In this document: piece by piece, positions 36,216 through 43,381 of the stretch
Layout: each line of letters begins with the position of its first letter
How positions within the stretch are numbered: position 1 is the stretch's first letter
Assembly (NCBI GenBank): GCA_043824495.1
Contig: JBDRSV010000026.1
Span: 1 to 43,381, forward strand
Length of the DNA: 43,381 nucleotides
Source: Candidatus Aenigmatarchaeota archaeon
GTDB taxonomy: Archaea > Aenigmatarchaeota > Aenigmatarchaeia > QMZP01
Direction of reading: 5' to 3'
Made by a program: the position numbers and the translations under genes
Notes under the pieces: model-generated
The model's database searches: none
Told to the model about the DNA's origin: nothing
The model's input: only the letters and a program-made list of their open reading frames with translations

Positions 36216-37304
36216 ATGAAAGTGCTTATATTGGGCAGTAAAGAATATCCTCTAGGTACAAATAAAGGTGATGATCCTTCGCCTAGTGGGGGTATGGAGT
36301 TGTATGTAGATCAGTTAGTGAAACCTCTTAGCAAATATGTAGACATAACTCTAATTACCAGAAGGTTTAGAAAGACAAAAAAATATGAGAATGATAAAAT
36401 AAAAGTACATAGAGTTTCATGGATTAATGGATTCTTTCTAAGAAACCCTTCCTTCAATATTAATTCTTTCATAAAAGCTTTAAGATTAGATTTTGATGTT
36501 CTCATAACAAATGGGGAAGTCTCAAATTTTCTAGGTCTGATAGCGGCCAAAATAAAAAGAAAACCAATAATTATGGTAAGTCATGGGCTTGCGGCAGAAC
36601 AAGAACAATACAATATCATAATTAAAAAAATGTTTTCTATTGCAGATAAGATAACATATTACAACGCAAACTCGGTTGTTACTCACGCTCCTCAGAAACT
36701 TCCAAAAGGAACAGAATATAATTTCATACTCCCAGGATTTGATAGATCTAAACTAACAAAGGATTTGAGTTTACGTAAAAAATATAAGACAAAGGGAACA
36801 GTGATAGTTTTCACGGGGAGATTGATGAAAACAAAAGGAGTGGAATATCTCATAAGAGGATTAGCTGAAATAAAAAACCCTTACACATGTTTTATTGTCG
36901 GTGACGGTCCAGAAAAGCATGACCTAGAGAAACTATCAAAAAATCTTAAAACAAATGTAATATTTACTGGTTTCAGAAATGATGTTAATAAATTTCTTAG
37001 TATGGCAGATGTTTTTGTTATTCCGTCTTTCACGGAATCTCTAAGCTATTCAACTCTCGAAGCCGCTTACATGAAAGTACCTATAATAGCAACAGATTTG
37101 GATATTTTAGATAAAAACGCTTTCATTAAAATAAAGAAAAGAGATTCAAAATCAATATTACAAGCAATCGAAAAAACAATAAAAAATAAAAAAATGAGAG
37201 ACGAGATAGTGAAAAATGCTTATGTCTTTACAACTAGATTTAATTGGAATGAAGCAGCAAAGAAATACTATAAGATAATAACTCAACTAAAGGAGAAAAA
37301 ATGA
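36216..37304 (+). CDS. GT4 (GT-B) glycosyltransferase
   Basis: FTGRLMKTKG, FVIPSFTESLSYSTLEA. Confidence 0.9.
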   Translation: MKVLILGSKEYPLGTNKGDDPSPSGGMELYVDQLVKPLSKYVDITLITRRFRKTKKYENDKIKVHRVSWINGFFLRNPSFNINSFIKALRLDFDVLITNGEVSNFLGLIAAKIKRKPIIMVSHGLAAEQEQYNIIIKKMFSIADKITYYNANSVVTHAPQKLPKGTEYNFILPGFDRSKLTKDLSLRKKYKTKGTVIVFTGRLMKTKGVEYLIRGLAEIKNPYTCFIVGDGPEKHDLEKLSKNLKTNVIFTGFRNDVNKFLSMADVFVIPSFTESLSYSTLEAAYMKVPIIATDLDILDKNAFIKIKKRDSKSILQAIEKTIKNKKMRDEIVKNAYVFTTRFNWNEAAKKYYKIITQLKEKK

Positions 37305-38389
37305 AAATATTAATGTTGTGTCCTCTGATAAGCAGTAGTTCTTTTATAACTACTTATCCATTCGCAAAAATACTATCGAAAAAGCATGATGTAGAGATAA
37401 TGGGCCCTCTACTTGGTAAAAAACCGTATATAGAGGACGCTAAACTCAAATTTAGTTTCATTGAACCAAAAATAACAAAGCCAATACAATTATCTTTTCT
37501 TTCTCTCTACAAAAAGAATTTAGATGTCATAAGAAAAAAGGAATTTGATGTTATTCACGCATTCAAGCTGCTTCCTCATACGGGTCCTGTTGGAGCTAAA
37601 ATAAAAAAGAAAATGGGGACACCATTTGTACTTAGTATAGATGATTATGATGTTGCAGCAAGTAAAAATAAACTAAAAAATAAAGTGATGAAGTGGGCAG
37701 AAAAATCATATAAAGAAGCAGACGCCATAACGGTTGCATCAGAAAATTTACGCTCTATATATGGCGGTTCTGTGGTTTATCAAGTCGCAAATGAATATGC
37801 ATTCAAAAAACCAGACCCAAAAAAATTCATCAAAAAACATAATCTTGAAGGCAAAAAAATAATTGCTTATGCAGGAACATTTTATGATCATAAGGGAATT
37901 GATATTCTCATAAAAGCAGTTAAAAAAATAAATAGTCCAAAAATAAAGCTGGTACTAGCTGGTGGACCTGACGTAGAAAAATATAGAAAGATGTCAGGCA
38001 AAGAGACACTCTTCACAGGAAAAATTCCTATAAATGAAGTTGCAGACCTAACTGCAGCAGCTGATATTTACGTGATACCAACAAAAGACAGTATTTATGC
38101 AAGAGCTGAAATACCAGCTAAAATATTCGAACCTATGATGTTAGGAAAGCCGGTCATTGCAAGTAAGATATCTGATATACCTAAAATCTTAAGCAATGGA
38201 AAATGTGGTCTCTTAACAAAACCGGGTAGTGTAGAAGAATTAGCAGATAAAATAATGTATTTGATAGACAACCCGAAAGAAATGAATAAAATAGCTTCAA
38301 ACGCAAAAAATAAGTACGACAGTAATTATAGCTATAAGGAAATGGAAAAAAGAATTAGTAGAATGTATTTAAATCTAATTGATCATTAA
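37301..38389 (+). CDS. GT4 (GT-B) glycosyltransferase
   Basis: YAGTFYDHKG, PAKIFEPMMLGKPVIAS. Confidence 0.9.
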   Translation: MKILMLCPLISSSSFITTYPFAKILSKKHDVEIMGPLLGKKPYIEDAKLKFSFIEPKITKPIQLSFLSLYKKNLDVIRKKEFDVIHAFKLLPHTGPVGAKIKKKMGTPFVLSIDDYDVAASKNKLKNKVMKWAEKSYKEADAITVASENLRSIYGGSVVYQVANEYAFKKPDPKKFIKKHNLEGKKIIAYAGTFYDHKGIDILIKAVKKINSPKIKLVLAGGPDVEKYRKMSGKETLFTGKIPINEVADLTAAADIYVIPTKDSIYARAEIPAKIFEPMMLGKPVIASKISDIPKILSNGKCGLLTKPGSVEELADKIMYLIDNPKEMNKIASNAKNKYDSNYSYKEMEKRISRMYLNLIDH

Positions 38390-38415
38390 TGATATTATAT
38401 CACAAGAGGCGTGTT

Positions 38416-39321
38416 ATGAAAGTTTTAGTGACTGGTGGTAATGGTTTTGTGGGCTCTCACCTAGTCCAAAGACTAGCCGAAAAGGGTCATGAAGTTGAAG
38501 CTCTAGTAAAGCATTCAACAAGAGCATCACAATTACCTAACGACATTAAGACTCATACAACAGAGTTGTTGGACATACAAGGTCTTAAAAAAATGGTTCG
38601 TGAATTTCAGCCAGAAGTTGTATGTAATCTAGCAGCATTGACACCTGTGAGATTCTCTTTTGATAATCCATTCATTTATGCTCAGACAAATTATATTGGT
38701 ACAATGAATATGGTTTTTGCTGCAATGGAGTCTTCAATATTAAAGAAATTCATTCATGCATCAACTGCAGAAACATACTTACCAAAAGACATACCAATGA
38801 AAGAAACAGATGAATTATATGGATCAACTCCATACGGAGTTAGTAAAGTCGCAGCGGATTATTTTATTAGAGTGGCTGGAGACTGTTATGGTTTACCATA
38901 TATTGTTCTTAGACCAACAAACACCTACGGAAGAAAAACAGAGAAAGGATATTTCATGGAAAAAATAATAACAACAATGTTGACATCTGAAAAACTTGTT
39001 CTAGACGGAACACCGGAAGTAATCAGAGATTGGATGTTTGTTGAAGATCATGTACAAGGATATTTAAGAGCTATAGAAGGCAAAGCTATTAACGAAGTCT
39101 TCAATATATCAACTGGTATAGGAATGACACTTGGTGATACAGTAGAAACAATCAGAAAGGTTATTGGTTGGGATGGAGAAGTGGTATGGGGAAACAAACC
39201 ACGACCAAACGACCCTAAATACTTGGTTTTGGATAATTCAAAGGCCAAGCAAATGTTGAATTTCGATCCTGAATACACATTGGAACAAGGAGTAAAACGA
39301 ACAATAGAAATCTGGAAGTGA
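38416..39321 (+). CDS. NAD-dependent sugar epimerase/dehydratase (extended SDR)
   Basis: VLVTGGNGFVG, HASTAE, PYGVSK, RPTNTYG; start reassigned to 38416. Confidence 0.92.
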   Translation: MKVLVTGGNGFVGSHLVQRLAEKGHEVEALVKHSTRASQLPNDIKTHTTELLDIQGLKKMVREFQPEVVCNLAALTPVRFSFDNPFIYAQTNYIGTMNMVFAAMESSILKKFIHASTAETYLPKDIPMKETDELYGSTPYGVSKVAADYFIRVAGDCYGLPYIVLRPTNTYGRKTEKGYFMEKIITTMLTSEKLVLDGTPEVIRDWMFVEDHVQGYLRAIEGKAINEVFNISTGIGMTLGDTVETIRKVIGWDGEVVWGNKPRPNDPKYLVLDNSKAKQMLNFDPEYTLEQGVKRTIEIWK

Positions 39322-39338
39322 TCGAACGGAGTTTTCTA

Positions 39339-40412
39339 ATGAAAATAAATCTACTTGCCCACACAACGCTACAAAGCGGAGTGATAGGAGTGAGTGTAGG
39401 AATAAATAAATACATAAATATTATTGGAAAAGAGTTTGTCAAAATGGGTCACGATGTTACTCTAACAATAAGAAACGATTATTCTCCTAAAGAAAAATGG
39501 ATAAAACCTATTTATTCACCAAAATTTTCTTGGATACCTTATCCCATATTTTTATATTTCTCTCTGAAAGAGGATTCAGATGTGTATCATTCAGATTATG
39601 TGACCACAGGAGCTCCTTTAATATGGAGAAAGAAAAAACACACACTAGTATCAGTTCACGATGCCATACCCTTTACTTATGATAAAAAAACCATGTCAAG
39701 ATCAAATAGATTCAGAACATGGTGGTACATGAAATGCTTCAAGTCCATTAAAAAAGCAGATGCAATATTTGTTTTATCCGATTACTCGAAGAGAGAATTA
39801 CTGAAATATACTGACGTGCCAAAAGATAAAATACATGTCGTTTACATAGGCGTCGATTTTGATCACTTCTATCCATTACCAAAAAAGAAACACAAAAATA
39901 TTCGAATAGGATATTTTGGTGGTCTTGACGGAAGGAAAAATGTAATACTTCTAGTTGAAACTTTCAAAAAACTAGTCAAAAAATATGATAATATAGAACT
40001 CCATGTGGGAGGCGGTGGAAAAAATCTAAAAGATTTCAAAGAAATGAAAATAAAAAATGCAAATTTCTATGGGTTTGTTCCAGACGAGAAGATTAATGAA
40101 TTCGTCAATTCTCTAGACATTTTTGTTTATCCGACACTAGATGAAGGGTTCGGTTTACCTCCTTTAGAAGCAATGGCAACTGGAGTGCCTGTTATGGCAG
40201 CAAATACATGTAGTATGCCAGAAGTAGTTGGAGACGCTGGTCTTCTAGTAAAGCCCACTATAGATTCATTCGAAAAAGGTTTGGAAAAACTGATAAAGGA
40301 TAAGAAGTTGAGAGACACGATGGGCAAAAAGAGTGTTATCCAAGCAAAAAAATTCACATGGGAAAAATGCGCTAAGCAAACGCTAGAAGTCTACAAAAAA
40401 GTGCTAGGCTAA
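39339..40412 (+). CDS. GT4 (GT-B) glycosyltransferase
   Basis: GGLDGRKN, FVYPTLDEGFGLPPLEAMATG; start reassigned to 39339. Confidence 0.92.
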   Translation: MKINLLAHTTLQSGVIGVSVGINKYINIIGKEFVKMGHDVTLTIRNDYSPKEKWIKPIYSPKFSWIPYPIFLYFSLKEDSDVYHSDYVTTGAPLIWRKKKHTLVSVHDAIPFTYDKKTMSRSNRFRTWWYMKCFKSIKKADAIFVLSDYSKRELLKYTDVPKDKIHVVYIGVDFDHFYPLPKKKHKNIRIGYFGGLDGRKNVILLVETFKKLVKKYDNIELHVGGGGKNLKDFKEMKIKNANFYGFVPDEKINEFVNSLDIFVYPTLDEGFGLPPLEAMATGVPVMAANTCSMPEVVGDAGLLVKPTIDSFEKGLEKLIKDKKLRDTMGKKSVIQAKKFTWEKCAKQTLEVYKKVLG

Positions 40413-41410
40413 ACTTCTGCAGTTTTTATTCCAATTGTGGAACAATAACATTTTGCAATGGAGTTTAGTTTTTGTGAAGCTTTGCTGGTTCCGGGGAAAA
40501 CTCTTGAACTCAGCATAGGTGTTATATTTTCATCTGAAACCTTTCTCAATTTTTGTATTTCACTTCTTTTCTTGAAGATTCTTTTACGATTTTTGACTAC
40601 CCAGAATACTGCTTTTATTTGACTATATGCTCTATCTGAATCGGTGAAAATATTTTTTAGGATGTACATTGATGTGATAACACAATTTAGTGGGAGGAGT
40701 TTCATTATATTTTTTACCTCATAAAACATCAAGAAATTCATAAGTCTATGTCTTTCATTGTAAAAGTAAAAAAGGTTTTTTGTTTTCTTATCCATTACAG
40801 ATTGGGTTCCGTAGTGCATGACTTTCGCTGAAGGTTCACGAATGATATTGTGTCCCATGAGTCTCAGTTTCCATCCCAAATAAACATCTTCTCCATAAAA
40901 GAAATATTCATGATCGAAATACTTTTTCATTAAATCGTTTTTCATTATCATTGAACATGTTCCTGAGTAGAATTTCTTTTTTGGATCATCAAAAACATCA
41001 AGAGTGTTATAACACAAAACATTTAGAGATCCGTTGATTACTCCTACTCCATCAAAATGGACAACATCACCCTCTATACAAACAGCTTTCCCAGTATCCA
41101 TGGTCTTGACGAATCTTTCTAACCACATTTTATCGGGTAGAGTATCGTTGTGTAAAGAAACAATATATTTTCCTTTGGCTGCTCTAAAACCAATGTCTTG
41201 AGCCTGTGCGACTCCCATGTTCTCCTTGTTGATAATAAGTTCTACTGTCGGATACTCCTGTCTAACCATATCTACAGAGCCATCAGTAGATCCGTTATCA
41301 ACTAATATGACATCAAAATCCTTATACGTCTGATTGAATACTCTTTTCAGGCAGTCCTTGAGCATCTTCTTACCATTCCAATTTACCATCACTATGGAGA
41401 CATTTTTCAT
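40409..41410 (-). CDS. GT2 family glycosyltransferase
   Basis: VNWNG, LVDNGSTDGS, LHNDT, FFYGEDV. Confidence 0.92.
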   Translation of the reverse strand: MKNVSIVMVNWNGKKMLKDCLKRVFNQTYKDFDVILVDNGSTDGSVDMVRQEYPTVELIINKENMGVAQAQDIGFRAAKGKYIVSLHNDTLPDKMWLERFVKTMDTGKAVCIEGDVVHFDGVGVINGSLNVLCYNTLDVFDDPKKKFYSGTCSMIMKNDLMKKYFDHEYFFYGEDVYLGWKLRLMGHNIIREPSAKVMHYGTQSVMDKKTKNLFYFYNERHRLMNFLMFYEVKNIMKLLPLNCVITSMYILKNIFTDSDRAYSQIKAVFWVVKNRKRIFKKRSEIQKLRKVSDENITPMLSSRVFPGTSKASQKLNSIAKCYCSTIGIKTAEV

Positions 41411-41492
41411 AATAACAAGTACCCCAAGTGGGTATAAATAGATTGCCCCAATATGGAATTCATTTAAATATTCATTTTTGATATAACATGGT

Positions 41493-42029
41493 ATGCAGAT
41501 AAGGAATGAGATGAGAATCGTTAAAGATCATTGGCATTTCAGATCCATAAAAAGAACGAGACCATGGGCCATACACACAGAGTGTATGCATAAAGAAAAT
41601 GTGTGGAAAGCAACACAAAAATTCGTGAAATCAGGAAACTCTGCTTTATGGTTTGTTGTGACACCAGAAAATTTTGATTTTGTTAAAACGGAAACAGGCG
41701 TTTCTATGGATCAAAAGAAATGGGAAAAGACCATTGCTGATAGATATAAGTGGCTCAAGGATCAGGGGCAAGAGATTCAGTTACATGTACATCTAAGAAT
41801 AAAAATGTCAATGTATTCAAAAGAAGAGGCTATCAAAGACATAGAAAAGAAAATATCCGGATCTATCAGATGGTTAAAAAATATAGGAATAGTACCGGAT
41901 AAAATAGTTTTTGGTTGGTGGTCTTTCAATGACTATGCCGTAAAATTTGCAAATAAAAACAATATGCAAGTTATGGGAAGACTTGAGAATTATTTTATTC
42001 ACGATTATGATCTTTTGGAGCTAGTATGA
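41493..42029 (+). CDS. hypothetical protein, polysaccharide deacetylase-like
   Basis: WFVVTP...EIQLHVH...FGWW pattern, located in a glycosylation cluster; tentative. Confidence 0.5.
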   Translation: MQIRNEMRIVKDHWHFRSIKRTRPWAIHTECMHKENVWKATQKFVKSGNSALWFVVTPENFDFVKTETGVSMDQKKWEKTIADRYKWLKDQGQEIQLHVHLRIKMSMYSKEEAIKDIEKKISGSIRWLKNIGIVPDKIVFGWWSFNDYAVKFANKNNMQVMGRLENYFIHDYDLLELV

Positions 42030-42469
42030 AAACAACAGTTTTTTTAATCTCACAATGTAATACACCAAAATCTTTAACAAAGAAAGGAACAGAACAAATA
42101 AATAAAATCAGAAAAAGGTTCTTATCAGAAAAAATATTCTCAATATATGCACATTCAGACAATGTCTCCAAAAAGGCAGCGGAAATTTCTTTCAAAAAAA
42201 GAGGATATGAAATCAAAGAGCATGATTCTATAAATAATGTAAAGGCACCAGAAGAGGGTAGAATTTGTATAAGAAAAATTATAGGACTTAACATAGGAAA
42301 AACATTTGTTATAATGGCAACATCGAGTTTCATAAACAATGTTCTGAAAGGATTAGAATTCAATAAAAAAGTTTCCAAAGAAGGTTCTATAACCAGACTC
42401 ATATACACTTGGGATCAGAGATTCAAAGTGGAAGAAATGGATGACACAAAACACTTAAATTCTAGTTAA
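42026..42469 (+). CDS. degenerate histidine phosphatase (PGM-like) fold protein
   Basis: TTVFLISQC...SLTKKGTEQ...IYAHS resembles the family scaffold, but the RHG catalytic motif is absent. Confidence 0.5.
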   Translation: MKTTVFLISQCNTPKSLTKKGTEQINKIRKRFLSEKIFSIYAHSDNVSKKAAEISFKKRGYEIKEHDSINNVKAPEEGRICIRKIIGLNIGKTFVIMATSSFINNVLKGLEFNKKVSKEGSITRLIYTWDQRFKVEEMDDTKHLNSS

Positions 42470-43381
42470 TTGTAAACCAGCTGCTGATTGTATTCTTCTT
42501 CTCATGTTTGCTGCTTTTCCACGTTCCATACTCTGGACCATTGAATTTACATTTTTCTTCATGAACATTGTAAATAATTTAGAATACTTAACTTCAACTC
42601 CAAAATAATTCTTGAAAAAATTCCGAGTTACCACTGCATATTTTACAGCGTTTCTAACTCTCTCTATTTTCTCTTTTGTGAAATGCTCTAGTTTGAGGTG
42701 GGATTCATAATAATAATCAAAATCTTCCCATTTAGATGCGGTCATAATGTTCTGCTCTTCGGCTAGATCATATAAACCTGTTGCTGGAAGAGGTGTTGTA
42801 ACACTAACCTGAGCTGATGCAGGTTTAATTTCATCAAGAAGGTATAGTGTATCGTAAATACTGCCCATTGTTTCTCCAGGGCTGCCAACCATTAAGAATG
42901 CGTGTGGTTGTATATCTGCATCCCACATCCTCTTGAAAGAATCTACAATTTTTTCTCTAGGAATGCCTTTGAGAAGAACCTTATTACGAATATAATCATT
43001 TCCGCTCTCAACACCAACAGCCATTTTTGTACAACCCGCTTTTCTTATAAGATGAAGAGTTTCGTCGTCAGGTACTGTATCAGCTCGTGTGTCCCCCATC
43101 CAATTCAATTTGTTTCCCCTTTTAATCAGTTCTTGAGCTATCCCTACTAGCCAATCTTTTCTATATGTAATACCATCGTCAGTGAAAACAAAATGATCTA
43201 GTTCAGCTCCTCTTTCTGCAAAGAGTTTTTTAGTTTCTTCTAATTCCTCTGCGACATTCTGTGGGCTTCTTTGTCTAAATTTAAGACCGAACAGTTGGTT
43301 TAGAGTATCTTGACAATATGAACACTTGAAAGGACATCCTCGACTTCCCACAACAGTGAGCTCTCCAATATCAAAGAATCT
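42455..43381 (-). CDS. radical SAM protein (B12-binding class-like), 5' truncated by window edge
   Basis: GSRGCPFKCSYC, TDD, GVESG, MVGSPGET; the frame stays open to 43381. Confidence 0.88.
   Translation of the reverse strand, partial: RFFDIGELTVVGSRGCPFKCSYCQDTLNQLFGLKFRQRSPQNVAEELEETKKLFAERGAELDHFVFTDDGITYRKDWLVGIAQELIKRGNKLNWMGDTRADTVPDDETLHLIRKAGCTKMAVGVESGNDYIRNKVLLKGIPREKIVDSFKRMWDADIQPHAFLMVGSPGETMGSIYDTLYLLDEIKPASAQVSVTTPLPATGLYDLAEEQNIMTASKWEDFDYYYESHLKLEHFTKEKIERVRNAVKYAVVTRNFFKNYFGVEVKYSKLFTMFMKKNVNSMVQSMERGKAANMRRRIQSAAGLQLTRI

Noticed and set aside
16-42408. Numerous short antisense or overlapping ORFs in the track (e.g. 16..342, 945..1145, 5860..6114, 5999..6244, 14754..15158, 23336..23564, 41995..42408)
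   Set aside because: They shadow well-supported genes or RNA/regulatory elements and carry no recognisable motifs.

Overview
AT-rich archaeal genomic window. Marker genes (Hjc, rpS17e, TFS, AglB, archaeal PyrH, a tRNA with a BHB intron, class III signal-peptide and SGC-lipobox proteins) indicate Archaea; a DPANN-type lineage is my inference. Three zones: (1) 1-8800, a mosaic accessory island. It holds a tightly packed candidate DNA modification/defence locus: a possible HhH-GPD-like protein, a PD-(D/E)XK nuclease and a catalytically intact TGT-fold transglycosylase, convergent on two beta-class SPPY methyltransferases and an RHH-like regulator. It also holds a Cas4-like nuclease, two wHTH regulators, a candidate structured ncRNA, an ISH3-type transposase and two aberrant tRNA-like genes. 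(2) 8900-30300, metabolic and housekeeping genes (aminotransferase, AcdA, ALDH, PyrH, NnrD, COG2403/ArcE-like protein, EndoQ), a pilin plus three lipoprotein paralogues, a frameshifted ASCH gene, tRNA-Asn (30/31 intron) and tRNA-Phe. (3) 30400-43381, rpS17e, a CBS-HPF protein, signal peptidase, TFS and an N-glycosylation cluster ending in a truncated radical SAM gene. All family calls come from motif recognition by eye; no database search was run.
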